Assembly (NCBI RefSeq): GCF_013149785.1
Contig: NZ_JABEZU010000004.1
Span: 186,001 to 250,000, forward strand
From: Isoptericola halotolerans
GTDB taxonomy: Bacteria; Actinomycetota; Actinomycetes; Actinomycetales; Cellulomonadaceae
DNA length: 64,000 nt
Direction of reading: 5' to 3'
The first letter of the stretch is position 1. Each line of letters begins with the position of its first letter. The position numbers were made by a program, and so were the translations under genes. The notes under the pieces were generated by a model. The model saw only the letters and a program-made list of their open reading frames with translations, searched no databases and was not told where the DNA came from. Below are positions 20,570 through 30,415 of this stretch, one piece after another.

Positions 20570-22807
20570 CTACTTCTTGAGCCCGGTCAGGCCCAGGACG
20601 CCGCCCAGGAGCCCCTTGGAGCCGCCGTCCTTCTCCTGTTCGTCCGGATCACCCTCGTCCTCCGAGGGTGACGGGGAAGGGCTCGGCGACGGCTTCGGCG
20701 TCCCGCTGGGGGACGGCGTGGGGGCCGGTTCGGTCGGCTTCGGCGACCCGCTCGGGGACGGCGTGGGGGCCGGTTCGGTCGGCTTCGGCGAGGTGCTCGG
20801 CGACGGCGAAGGGCTCGGGCTCGGCTTCGGCGAGGTGCTGGGCGACGGCGAAGGGCTCGGGCTCGGCTTCGGCGAGGTGCTCGGCTTCGGCTTCGGCTCG
20901 TCCTTCTTCTTGTCGGCCTTCTTGCCGTCCGACGTGCCGTTCTTCTTGCCGTCCGACTTCTTGTCCTTCGCGCCGTCGGCCTTCTTGCCGTCCGGCTTCT
21001 TGTCGGCCTTCTTCTTGTCCGAGGACTTGTCGGAGCTCTTGCCCTTGCCGTCCTTCGTGTCGGCCGACGCGCTCTGGCCCGCGCCGGCGCTCTTGCCGTT
21101 CGACCCCGTGCCGCCGGCCGCACCACCGGCGATGTCCGTGGTCGAGGAGGCACGGTCCGGCACGGGCCCGGCGGCGAAGAACTCGAAGTGCCACGGCTCG
21201 GGCTTGCTGCCGTCGAGACGGGCCCAGGTCGGGTTGTCCCATCCGTAGTCGGGCCCGTGGACCCGCAACCAGGCGTACTCGGCGGACCGGCCGCTGGAGA
21301 TCGGGGTGGACAGGTCGACGGCCAGGCCCCAGCCGTGGTTCGACGTGCCCGGGACCGCGGCCAGGTGCGGCTTGGCGGCACGGACCGCGACCTGCCCGGC
21401 GAAGGAGCGGTACGAGTCGGTGATCGGGATGTTCGTCCCGAACCGTTCGCGGTAGGCCTCGTTGAGCGCCTCGAGCTGCAGGGCGGCGTCGCAGCGCAGC
21501 ATGTGGCCCGGGGCCCACGGGAGGTCGCACAGCACCGAGGCCGGGATATGACCGTTGCTGTAGCCGGCCGTCGATGCCGCGTGCTGGTCCACCACGGAGC
21601 GCAGTGCCGCGGACAGCGAGTCGGCCGCGGCGGCCAGCGGCAACCCGTCGGCCGTGGCGGGGGTGCCGTCGTTCGTCACGAACGACCCGTCCGGGAGCTC
21701 GGTCACTGCACGGCGCACCTCGATGACGTACGTCGCGGCCGCAGGGTCGAGAAGCGTGGACAGGCGCATCGCCGCCACCACGACGTCGTCGAACGTCACG
21801 GCCTCGTGCAGGTGCTCGTGGCCCTCCTCGTCGTGCTCGTCCGGCACGGCGGGGACCTCGTCGGGCACGGCGGGAGCCTCGTCGGGCACAGCGGGGACAT
21901 CGTCCGGCTCCGCACCCTCGGTCTCGCCGAGAAGCCCGACGCTCTCGAACGGGCGAGCGACCGGCAGGGCACCGTCCGCCGCGAGGAGCTCCTCCAGGGT
22001 GGGCAGCTCGAGTCGCGGCACCTCGATCGGCTCGACGGGCTCCGGCTCCGCCGTCGCCCGCGACCGGTCGGCGCCGTCGGCCTCCTGGTCGTCGGAGGGG
22101 TCCGCGTACTCCACCTGCGGCGTGCCGACGTCGACGGAGTCCTGCGGCCGCACCGAGCCGGTGTCGGCGTCGGCGTCGGTGGCGTCGACAGCCGGGGGCT
22201 CCGCCTGCGCGGGCGGGCGCAGCTCCTCGACCTCGAGGCCGTCGGTGTCGAGAGTCAGGTCGTGGTCGTGCGCGGGGTCAGGTTCCGCCGGGTCGATCTC
22301 GACGACGTCGTCACGGGCACCGCCGAGGCCGTCCCGGGGCTCGAGAGCCACCCGCTCCTGGGCGACGTAGATGCTCAGCAGCGAACCGAGCTCGGCCGCG
22401 GCCTGCTGGACCTCCGCGTCGAACGCGCGCCCGGACTCGAGGGCGGCCAGCTCCGCGCGCTCGATGATGTCGAGGATCTCTTCGACCGTCTGAGGGCCGG
22501 TGGGCGTCGCCGCGCCGACGACGCCCAGGACGACCGGGTCGGCCTCGACGGGAGCGGTGAACCCGGGGTGCTCGGCGAAGTCGTTCCACGGCAGGTCAGC
22601 CATCGAGCCGGCCATGATCCCCGCGACGAGGGCGAAGGCCGCGGAGCTCGCTCCCAGGGTGCGCAGCACCGGGTGGGCGTGCCCGGCCGGCGGGGCTGAT
22701 CCCGCCCAGGCCTCGTCGACGGCGTCGCCGTCGTGTCCTCCCAGGTCACCGTTCTTGTCGAGCACCACGTGGAACCCCTCTGCCAGCTGCTGTGCTGCCG
22801 AACGCAT
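20570..22807 (-). CDS. M15B (VanY-like) D,D-peptidase with long low-complexity extensions
   Basis: DSYRS, PGTSNHGWGLAVDL, EPWHFEF; N-terminal hydrophobic helix; start uncertain. Confidence 0.85.
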   Translation of the reverse strand: MRSAAQQLAEGFHVVLDKNGDLGGHDGDAVDEAWAGSAPPAGHAHPVLRTLGASSAAFALVAGIMAGSMADLPWNDFAEHPGFTAPVEADPVVLGVVGAATPTGPQTVEEILDIIERAELAALESGRAFDAEVQQAAAELGSLLSIYVAQERVALEPRDGLGGARDDVVEIDPAEPDPAHDHDLTLDTDGLEVEELRPPAQAEPPAVDATDADADTGSVRPQDSVDVGTPQVEYADPSDDQEADGADRSRATAEPEPVEPIEVPRLELPTLEELLAADGALPVARPFESVGLLGETEGAEPDDVPAVPDEAPAVPDEVPAVPDEHDEEGHEHLHEAVTFDDVVVAAMRLSTLLDPAAATYVIEVRRAVTELPDGSFVTNDGTPATADGLPLAAAADSLSAALRSVVDQHAASTAGYSNGHIPASVLCDLPWAPGHMLRCDAALQLEALNEAYRERFGTNIPITDSYRSFAGQVAVRAAKPHLAAVPGTSNHGWGLAVDLSTPISSGRSAEYAWLRVHGPDYGWDNPTWARLDGSKPEPWHFEFFAAGPVPDRASSTTDIAGGAAGGTGSNGKSAGAGQSASADTKDGKGKSSDKSSDKKKADKKPDGKKADGAKDKKSDGKKNGTSDGKKADKKKDEPKPKPSTSPKPSPSPSPSPSTSPKPSPSPSPSPSTSPKPTEPAPTPSPSGSPKPTEPAPTPSPSGTPKPSPSPSPSPSEDEGDPDEQEKDGGSKGLLGGVLGLTGLKK
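20691..20900 (-). repeat. Coding tandem repeats (two 45-bp, then two 42-bp units; Pro/Ser/Thr/Lys linker)
   Basis: GGCTTCGG anchors at 20691, 20736, 20781, 20823, 20865. Confidence 0.8.
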
Positions 22808-22949
22808 CCTCGCACATCGACGTGCTGCGATGCTGCGGGCAACTTCCCCCTGCGGACCACTCTGCGGTACGCGGCCACGTCCCGCCACCCGTCCGGCGCA
22901 CCATTCACCCCCTGTTCGCCCGCGCCACCGGCCGGGCACACTGGGCACC

Positions 22950-23738
22950 ATGCTCCCTGCCTCCGCGTCGGCGCCACGGATCGACCTGAACAGCGACCTC
23001 GGCGAGGGGTTCGGCCGCTGGGAGCTGGGGGACGACGACCGCATGCTCGACGTCGTCTCCAGCGCCAACGTGGCCTGCGGTTTCCACGCCGGCGACCCCG
23101 CGACGATGCGGCGGACCGTCCGGGGTGCGGCCCGGCGCGGGGTGGCGATCGGGGCGCACGTGTCCTACCGGGACCTCGCGGGTTTCGGGCGTCGCGCGAT
23201 GGACGTGCCGAGCGACGACCTGCGCGCCGACGTCGTCTACCAGCTCGGTGCGCTGCAGGCCTTCGCCACCGCCGAGGGAGCGCGGGTGCGGTACGTCAAG
23301 CCGCACGGGGCGCTCTACCACGCGGCGGCGACGGACGAACGGGTCGCCCGCGACGTGGCCGTGGCGGTCGCCGGGGTGGACCCGACGCTCGTCCTGCTGG
23401 GTCTGCCGGGCAGCGTCGCGCTGTCCGCCGCGGCCGAGGCAGGTCTGGCGACCGCCACAGAGGCCTTCGCCGACCGGGCGTACACCCCGGCCGGGACGCT
23501 CGTGCCGCGCGGTGAGCCCGGGTCCGTGCTCGACGACGCCGACGCCGTCGCCGCGCGTGTCCTGCGGCTCGTCACCACCGGGACCGTCACGGCGGTCGAC
23601 GGCACGGAGGTCCGCGTGCCGGCGGACTCCGTGTGCGTGCACGGGGACACCCCGGGTGCCGTCGCCATGGCGCAGCGGGTCCGCGAGGTGCTGGCCGCGC
23701 AGGGCGTGGAGCTGCGACCGTTCGTCGAGACCGCATGA
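22950..23738 (+). CDS. pxpA: 5-oxoprolinase subunit A (LamB/YcsF)
   Basis: IDLNSDLGEGFG, ANVACGFHAGDP, VKPHGALY, EAFADRAY, CVHGDTPGA. Confidence 0.93.
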   Translation: MLPASASAPRIDLNSDLGEGFGRWELGDDDRMLDVVSSANVACGFHAGDPATMRRTVRGAARRGVAIGAHVSYRDLAGFGRRAMDVPSDDLRADVVYQLGALQAFATAEGARVRYVKPHGALYHAAATDERVARDVAVAVAGVDPTLVLLGLPGSVALSAAAEAGLATATEAFADRAYTPAGTLVPRGEPGSVLDDADAVAARVLRLVTTGTVTAVDGTEVRVPADSVCVHGDTPGAVAMAQRVREVLAAQGVELRPFVETA

Positions 23739-25381
23739 GCGGGAGTCCCCGCGACGGGTCACCACCCGGCGCACCCGCCCCCGGGGTGCGGGTGCGGCGA
23801 GCCCGCGACGACGTCCTGCTGGTCGAGGTCGCCGACCTCGCGGCCGCCACCGAGCTGCACCGGTCCCTGCGCTCGGACCCGCTCCCCGGCGTCGGGCACA
23901 CCGTGCCCGGCGCCCGCACGGTGCTGGTCCCCTTCGACACCGGGGTCGTCGAGGCGTCGACCCTCGCGGCGGCTCTGCTGGCGCGGGCCGCGGCGCCGTC
24001 GGCCGGCGCCGACGACCCCGGGCGGCTCGTGGAGGTCCCGACGACCTACGACGGCGCGGATCTCGACGACGTCGCCGCCCACCTCGGGTGGAGCCGCGCC
24101 GAGGTGGTGCGCCGGCACGCCGCCGCGGGCTGGACCGTCGGCTTCATGGGGTTCGCCCCCGGTTTCGGGTACCTGGTGGGGGACGACCCGGGTCTCGTCG
24201 TGCCGCGGCGCCCGTCCCCGCGCACGCGTGTCCCCACGGGGTCGGTGGCGCTCGCCGGCGAGTACTCCGGCGTCTACCCGCGCGCGAGCCCCGGCGGGTG
24301 GCAGCTGGTCGGCCGCACCGACGTCGCTGCCTGGGACGTCCGGCGCGACCCGCCGTCCCTGTGGGTCCCCGGCGACCACGTCCGTTTCGTGGCGGTGCGG
24401 GAGTCGGTGCGAGGCGCCCGCGCGGTCGGCACGTCCGGCTCCGCTCGGCAGCTCGAGGTGCCGAACGGAGCCGGACGTGCCGAGCGGAGCGGGCTGGAGG
24501 TGGTGGACCCGGGGCTGCAGACCCTCGTCCAGGACCTCGGCCGCCCCGGGCACGGCGACCTCGGCGTCACGGCCTCCGGTGCCGCCGACCCGCGCAGCCT
24601 GCGCGCCGCCGCACGAGCCGTCGGGAACGCGGCCGAGGCCGCCTGCCTGGAGACGCTCGGCGGGCTGCGGCTCCGCGCGCACGGGCCGTGCGTCGTCGCC
24701 GTGACGGGCGCAACCGGCCCCCTGCTGGTGACGACCGGCGCCGGCACCGTCCGTGAGCCGGCACGCGGCCGACCGTTCCCCCTGGCCGACGGCGACGAAC
24801 TGACCGTCGGGATGCCGCCGCGCGGCCTGCGGTCCTACGTGGCGCTGCGCGGGGGCCTCGACGTCCCCCCGGTGCTGGGGTCGCGCGCCACCGACGTGCT
24901 CGCCGTCCTCGGACCGGACCCCGCGCACCGCGGCACGTTCCTCCCCGCCGCCGGGGCGGCGTCGTCGGCCGTGGCGGTCGACGACGTCGGAGGGCCCGAC
25001 CCGCAGGAGCTGCCCGCCCCGGGCGAGACGGTGACCCTGCGGGCCACGCTCGGCCCGCGCGACGACTGGTTCACCCCCGCAGCACGGCAGGTGCTCACCT
25101 CCCAGGTCTGGGAGGTCACGCCACGGTCCGACCGCATCGGGCTGCGCCTGGCCGGCGCCGTCCCGCTGGAGCGCGAGCCCGCCGCGCAGCACGCCGAGCT
25201 GCCGAGCGAGGGGTGCGTCACCGGAGCGCTGCAGGTCCCGCCCGACGGGCAGCCCGTCCTGCTCCTGACCGACCACCCGCTCACCGGGGGCTACCCCGTC
25301 GTCGCCGCGGTGTCGTCGAGGGACCTGTGGCGGCTCGGCCAGGTTCCCCCCGGGGCACGGCTGCGCTTCCGTGTGACGTGA
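23735..25381 (+). CDS. Fused 5-oxoprolinase subunits B/C (allophanate hydrolase subunit 1+2 family)
   Basis: GFAPGFGYL, YPRASPGGWQLVGRT, QDLGRPG, SDRIGLRL, GALQVPPDGQP..TGGYP; ATGA overlap with pxpA. Confidence 0.9.
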   Translation: MSGSPRDGSPPGAPAPGVRVRRARDDVLLVEVADLAAATELHRSLRSDPLPGVGHTVPGARTVLVPFDTGVVEASTLAAALLARAAAPSAGADDPGRLVEVPTTYDGADLDDVAAHLGWSRAEVVRRHAAAGWTVGFMGFAPGFGYLVGDDPGLVVPRRPSPRTRVPTGSVALAGEYSGVYPRASPGGWQLVGRTDVAAWDVRRDPPSLWVPGDHVRFVAVRESVRGARAVGTSGSARQLEVPNGAGRAERSGLEVVDPGLQTLVQDLGRPGHGDLGVTASGAADPRSLRAAARAVGNAAEAACLETLGGLRLRAHGPCVVAVTGATGPLLVTTGAGTVREPARGRPFPLADGDELTVGMPPRGLRSYVALRGGLDVPPVLGSRATDVLAVLGPDPAHRGTFLPAAGAASSAVAVDDVGGPDPQELPAPGETVTLRATLGPRDDWFTPAARQVLTSQVWEVTPRSDRIGLRLAGAVPLEREPAAQHAELPSEGCVTGALQVPPDGQPVLLLTDHPLTGGYPVVAAVSSRDLWRLGQVPPGARLRFRVT

Positions 25382-25456
25382 GTGTGCGCAAGATCTCCAC
25401 CAACTCTGTGGTGGCGACCACACACAAAGCACGACGCCCCAGGCAGGATAGGGCCC

Positions 25457-25927
25457 ATGACGTCGATGACGACCAGCACCTCCACCGGTCGAGCACCGGG
25501 CCGCGCCGCCGCGGCAGGTCTGCTCGCCGTGACCCTCACCCTCGGCGCCTGCTCCGTGCCCGACGACGTCGAGCGGCACATCGCCGATGCCCAGGTCCAG
25601 GCCGAGAGCCTCGACGCCGACCTTCAGCAGCTCGCGGACCAGACCTCCGAGCTCACCTCCGGACTCGGGGAGGACGTCACGCACGCCGTCGACTCAGCAC
25701 AGGCCGCCACCGACGAGGCGCTCACCGCGCTCGACAAGGCCGCCGACTCCTCGGACAGCGCGGTCGTGGCGCTCGCTGACGCCCAGGTCGCGCTCGAGGC
25801 AGCCTCTGCCGAGCTCCACCACGTGATCGAGCACGCCGACACGACCCCCGAGGTCGCCGCAGCCCTCACCGAGCTGCAGGAGCAGATCAACGCGCTGCGC
25901 GGGCAGACGGAGGACGCGAGCGAGTAG
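25457..25927 (+). CDS. Hypothetical helical lipoprotein
   Basis: LTLGAC lipobox; acidic coiled-coil body. Confidence 0.7.
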   Translation: MTSMTTSTSTGRAPGRAAAAGLLAVTLTLGACSVPDDVERHIADAQVQAESLDADLQQLADQTSELTSGLGEDVTHAVDSAQAATDEALTALDKAADSSDSAVVALADAQVALEAASAELHHVIEHADTTPEVAAALTELQEQINALRGQTEDASE

Positions 25928-25957
25928 CGTCCCGACCCGGGCGCCCGGCTCGGCGCA

Positions 25958-26010
25958 GACCGACGGCCCCTGGCCCGTGGAGCGCATCCACGAGCCGGGG
26001 GCCGTCGGTC
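25958..26010. terminator. Bidirectional hairpin between convergent genes
   Basis: GACCGACGGCCCC...GGGGCCGTCGGTC stem. Confidence 0.65.
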
Positions 26011-26017
26011 GTCGGCC

Positions 26018-28966
26018 CTAGGGCTTCGCCTTGGGCCCGATGGTGAACTCGACGACCGTCACGTTCCCCGCGACGTCGAGCACCTCGAGGACGTTCTGCC
26101 CCCGCTGCGCACCGAACCGGCCCGGCACCACGACGTCGAGGTCGTGGTCGGTCACGCCTGCCAGGTCGTGGACGGTCCCGTTGAGCGAGAACCGGTCCAG
26201 CCCCTCGCTGCTGTGCAGCGCGAACGACACCTTGCGGTACGTGCCGTCCTCGCCGACGGTGTACCGGGCACCGTCCTTGACCTCCACCGTCGGCGCCTCC
26301 GTGCCGCCGTCGGCGCCGTCGTTGGTGACGGACAGCACCAGCGGTGCCAGCGTGAGCTGGTCGAGGTTCGGGGCCCACCCGGTGGCGTTGCCGAGCGTGA
26401 GGGCGCCGTCGTCCGTCACGAGGTCGAGCGGGACGGTGTGCGTCCAGAACCCCTGCCACGAGTAGTTGTGGCGGTAGGCACCCCGGGTGGTGCCGCCCCC
26501 CTCCTCGCCGATGTCGAGGAACCGGGTGACCACGTCCGTGTTGTACGGGTGCCCGGTGTTGACCTCGGCGTTGGCGTAGCGGGCCACGAAGTTGTACGCG
26601 CCGGTCGGCACGTCGTCCGGACGCTGCCAGACGGCACGGCTGTCCGGGCCGCCGCCGAGCCAGCCGACCACCTCGCCGGAGACGTTCGTCGGCTCGGCGA
26701 CCTCGTCGACCCGCGCACCGCCCTGCAGCTCCAGCGCCTCCTCGGCCTCGACCGTGACCACCGCGGTGTCGGCGTCCGTGGCGCGGACCGTGGTCACGGA
26801 GGTGAGGTCGACCGCGCCCTGCGCCCGCACCGTGACCTCGCTGATGCCCTGTGCCAGGTGGACGCGAGCCGTGGAGCTCCAGCGCCCTGCGCCCGTCGCC
26901 GCCAGGCCGTCGACCGCTCTGCGGTTCACCTCCAGCGAGAGGTCGGTGGCCTGCGACGACGCGTAGCCCACGGTGAGGTCGTGGTAGCCGGTCTCCCGGA
27001 CGGCGACGTAGAAGGTGGCCGCGTCGCCCTCGTCCAGGCGCACGTCACCGGCGTCGGCCTGCCCGGCCGGCTCGCCGAACAGCACCGACCCGCCGTCCAG
27101 CCGGGCCAGGTGCGCGGGGTAGACCCCGGTGTCCGGGCCGTCGACCCGGGTCAGCTCGAACCTGTCGACGGTCACGTTCGATCCGGGCAGGGTCGTGGTC
27201 CCGTCGATGCTGGTGCGCCACGACAGCTCCCGCGTGCCCTCCTCCAGGTCGAGCAGCACCTCGGAGGCGCCGCGGTAGCGGGCGTTGAACCCGGCCTCGT
27301 GCTGGACGGTCGCGGCGTGCTCGCCGTCCACGAACAGCGCGTTGCGACCCGCCGTGGTCGTGCCGACCACCGCGCGCAGCCGGTAGGTGCCCGTGGTGGG
27401 CACGTCGACGTCCCAGGTCAGGGACGAGCTCGCGGAGGACAGGCCGCTCACGTCGTGCTGGCGCGACGCGGCGAACGTCCAGGCGTCGTCGGCCGGCTGG
27501 TGGTCGACCTGGACGCCCTGGAGCGTGGTGTCCTCCGCCTCGATGGTGGCGCGCCACGCCGTGGCGGGCTCGGGCTGCTCGGCCAGCGGCGGAGTGACGA
27601 CCACCTGGAAGGCCGAGTGGCGGTCGTCGTGGGGGACGGCCACCTGGATCGTGCCGTCCTGCACCTCGACGCGCTCGGTGGCGACCACCGGCGGGTTCAG
27701 GGCAGCACCCTCCTGGCCCGACCACTCGGCCTCGCGCACCTGGACGTCCACCACGGCGCCGAAGACCTCCTCGTCGAGCCCGCTGATGTCCACCCGGACG
27801 TCCTTGCTGCCTCCGCCGAGCAGCACCGTCGCCTGCCGGCGCTCGGTGTCGAGGGTGGCCGTCGCCTGGAGCGTGTCGACGGCGTCCAGCGCGGGCGGGG
27901 TGACCTCGACGGTGTCGCCGGTGAGGTCGGCGTACCACTTGAGCAGCCACCACGCGCCGTTGGCCTCGTTGGTCCTGGCCATGTTGTCGTTCAGGTTCCC
28001 CGCGAACGTCCAGTAGGCCGTCTGCGCGTCGACCTTCTCGTCCTCGAACATCGAGATCCACTGCACGAGCTGACCGGGCACCGACATGTCCCGGCGCATC
28101 GCGTACTCGGTGATGTTGACCGGCAGCGGTCCGACCCCGACCTCCTGCTCGATCTGGCGGAACTCCGCCAGGTGGGACCGGAAGGTCGCGAGGTTGTCCA
28201 CACCCAGCTCGTGCCAGGTCCAGATGTCCGGCAGCGTGTCGGTCTCCTTGCCGTGCTGGAGGATCTCTCGTGTGCTGCCCCCGTGCCACCAGGCGTCACC
28301 GGGCCCGGCGATGCGCGCCTCCGGGTAGATCTCCTTGATCGTCCGGTAGGCCGCGACCCAGTCCTCGAGGAAGTGGTCGCGCATCTCCGACCAGTTGCCG
28401 TACCAGTTGATGCCGTCCGGTTCGTTGAACGGCGTGAAGACGTACCCCTCCGGATACTCCGACTCCTCGACGATGTGGGTGACCACGGTGCGCACGATCT
28501 CGAGGTAGCTCTCGAAGTCCTCGGGACGCTGCCCACCGTTGTAGGGCCAGTCCGGGTAGTAGTCCTGGATGTTGACCATCAGGTACTCCCCGCCGTTCTC
28601 GAAGAACGAGCGCTCCACCTCCAGTGGGTCGCCGTTGGGGTGCTGCTCGCCGTACGGCGCCTTCTGCGTGACGTTCGTGGGGCGGGCGCCGGCGATGATC
28701 GCGTCCGTCGGGGCGCCGTCGTCGCCCAGCCCGTAGAGCATGCCGGACGCACCCCCCTGGACGGCACCCGTCGAGGTCGACAGGTCGACGCCGAGCACCT
28801 CGACGTCGGCGGCGGTCGCTGATCCTGAGGTGATGGCCACGAGACCCGTGGCTACCATCATCGCGGCGGTCGCGCCCGCAGCGGCGCGCCGCCAGGGCGG
28901 CGTCGGGCCCTGTCGATGGCTGCCCTGTCGGTGGCTGCTGTGTGCCGTGCTGCTGTGGTCCTGCAT
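26018..28966 (-). CDS. Secreted GH-A clan glycoside hydrolase (GH39-like) with tandem CBM35/CBM6-like modules
   Basis: RR-containing signal; GASGMLYGL..QKAP..QHPNGD; PFNEPD acid/base; NITEY nucleophile; IEAED and VEAEE module starts; RBS GAAGGAG. Confidence 0.75.
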   Translation of the reverse strand: MQDHSSTAHSSHRQGSHRQGPTPPWRRAAAGATAAMMVATGLVAITSGSATAADVEVLGVDLSTSTGAVQGGASGMLYGLGDDGAPTDAIIAGARPTNVTQKAPYGEQHPNGDPLEVERSFFENGGEYLMVNIQDYYPDWPYNGGQRPEDFESYLEIVRTVVTHIVEESEYPEGYVFTPFNEPDGINWYGNWSEMRDHFLEDWVAAYRTIKEIYPEARIAGPGDAWWHGGSTREILQHGKETDTLPDIWTWHELGVDNLATFRSHLAEFRQIEQEVGVGPLPVNITEYAMRRDMSVPGQLVQWISMFEDEKVDAQTAYWTFAGNLNDNMARTNEANGAWWLLKWYADLTGDTVEVTPPALDAVDTLQATATLDTERRQATVLLGGGSKDVRVDISGLDEEVFGAVVDVQVREAEWSGQEGAALNPPVVATERVEVQDGTIQVAVPHDDRHSAFQVVVTPPLAEQPEPATAWRATIEAEDTTLQGVQVDHQPADDAWTFAASRQHDVSGLSSASSSLTWDVDVPTTGTYRLRAVVGTTTAGRNALFVDGEHAATVQHEAGFNARYRGASEVLLDLEEGTRELSWRTSIDGTTTLPGSNVTVDRFELTRVDGPDTGVYPAHLARLDGGSVLFGEPAGQADAGDVRLDEGDAATFYVAVRETGYHDLTVGYASSQATDLSLEVNRRAVDGLAATGAGRWSSTARVHLAQGISEVTVRAQGAVDLTSVTTVRATDADTAVVTVEAEEALELQGGARVDEVAEPTNVSGEVVGWLGGGPDSRAVWQRPDDVPTGAYNFVARYANAEVNTGHPYNTDVVTRFLDIGEEGGGTTRGAYRHNYSWQGFWTHTVPLDLVTDDGALTLGNATGWAPNLDQLTLAPLVLSVTNDGADGGTEAPTVEVKDGARYTVGEDGTYRKVSFALHSSEGLDRFSLNGTVHDLAGVTDHDLDVVVPGRFGAQRGQNVLEVLDVAGNVTVVEFTIGPKAKP

Positions 28967-29015
28967 CGTCACTCCTTCGTGAGTCAGGGATCTGCTGGCG
29001 GTGGGACGGTCGGTG

Positions 29016-30353
29016 TCAGTCCTCGAGCAGGGCGTTGATCGAGTCGTTCGCGGCGGTGAGCGACGAGGCGTCGGTGTTGCCGAGGTAGATGTCCTCCAGC
29101 GCCACCGAGGCGATGGCGTTGACCTCGCCGGAGTGCAGGGTGATGGGGGCCAGGAAGGTCCGGCCCTCCTCCTCGTAGCTGAAGAACGCGGAGACGTCCC
29201 AGCCCTTCTCGTCGAACGCGGCCAGGGCGTTCTCGGCAGACCCGGGGATCGCCGGGAAGACGACGGCGTGCTCCGCGACGACGTCCTGGCACTCGCTGGA
29301 GCCGAGGTACTTCACCCACTCCCAGGCGGCCGCCTGCTTCGAGGAGGAGGCGCTGATGGAGTCGGCGACCCCGTTGAAGATCGAGGCGCGCTCGCCGGTC
29401 GGGCCGACGGGCCCGGGTGCGATGCCGACGTCGACGCCGTCCAGCTCCATGAACGAGCCGGTGGCCCAGGAGCCGTTCGTGCCCATGGCGACCTTGCCGG
29501 AGCCGAGCTGCGTCGGGGTCTCGTCGGAGAAGACGCCGGCGGAGGGCGCATAGCCCTTGTCGGCCAGGCCGTAGAACCAGTCGATCGCCTCCTGGAGCTG
29601 CGGGTCGTCGAACCGGTACTGCGTGCCCCACGGGTTGCTGTCGAGGTAGTCCCAGTCGAGGGAGCCGGTGAAGTTGGCCCACTGCATCTGCCCGGTCTCC
29701 TCGAAGTTCGGGTTGATGCCCATCCCGTACACCGCGACGCTGGAGGCGTCGAAGCCCTCCTCGTCACCGCGCACCCCGTTGGTGTCGACGGTGAGACGTG
29801 CCACGACGTCCTCGAACGTCCCGCCGTCCTGGGGGTTCCAGTCGGCCGTCCAGAGGTCCTCGGCAGTGAGCCCGGCGTCGGCCAGCATCTCGGTGTTGTA
29901 GAAGAAGGCGGTGGTGTCCCAGTCCTTGGGCAGCCCGTAGGTGGAGCCGTCCACGTACTGCCAGGGCTCGAGGAGGCCGTCGGCGTAGACACCGGTGTCG
30001 AACGCGTCGGCCTGGATCATCTCGTCCAGCGCGACGACCTGCCCCTGGGCGGCGAACTCGCCGTACTTGGACAGGTGGTCGACGAAGACGTCGGGGCCGG
30101 ACCCGCCGACGAACGAGGCGGTGAGCTTGGTCCAGTAGTCGTCCCAGGCGAACTGCTCGATCTTGACCGAGACGTCCCCGGTCTCGGCGAAGTCCTCGGC
30201 GCACGCCTGGTAGGCGGGCAGCTGGTTGGAGTCCCAGAGCCAGTAGGTGATCTCGCCGGAGGCCTCGTCCCCGGCGGCGCCGTCGCCGCCGGAGCAGGCG
30301 CCGAGCGCCAGGACCAAGGATCCTGCCACGGCGAGGTGTGCGGTCTTTCGCAT
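29016..30353 (-). CDS. Sugar ABC transporter substrate-binding lipoprotein
   Basis: LALGAC lipobox; WDDYWTKL, PDVF, YGLPKDWDT..FYN. Confidence 0.92.
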   Translation of the reverse strand: MRKTAHLAVAGSLVLALGACSGGDGAAGDEASGEITYWLWDSNQLPAYQACAEDFAETGDVSVKIEQFAWDDYWTKLTASFVGGSGPDVFVDHLSKYGEFAAQGQVVALDEMIQADAFDTGVYADGLLEPWQYVDGSTYGLPKDWDTTAFFYNTEMLADAGLTAEDLWTADWNPQDGGTFEDVVARLTVDTNGVRGDEEGFDASSVAVYGMGINPNFEETGQMQWANFTGSLDWDYLDSNPWGTQYRFDDPQLQEAIDWFYGLADKGYAPSAGVFSDETPTQLGSGKVAMGTNGSWATGSFMELDGVDVGIAPGPVGPTGERASIFNGVADSISASSSKQAAAWEWVKYLGSSECQDVVAEHAVVFPAIPGSAENALAAFDEKGWDVSAFFSYEEEGRTFLAPITLHSGEVNAIASVALEDIYLGNTDASSLTAANDSINALLED

Positions 30354-30415
30354 GGTCGTTCCCTTTCGCAGACATCCGCGTCGATGGTGCGGAGATGGTG
30401 GTGCGGGCACCGGGG

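Noticed and set aside
20691..20900. Possible CRISPR or non-coding array
   Set aside because: Unit lengths are multiples of 3 and encode a Pro/Ser linker within a CDS
20570..22807. Vancomycin-resistance vanY
   Set aside because: No vanH/vanA/vanX or vanRS context; more likely a housekeeping cell-wall peptidase
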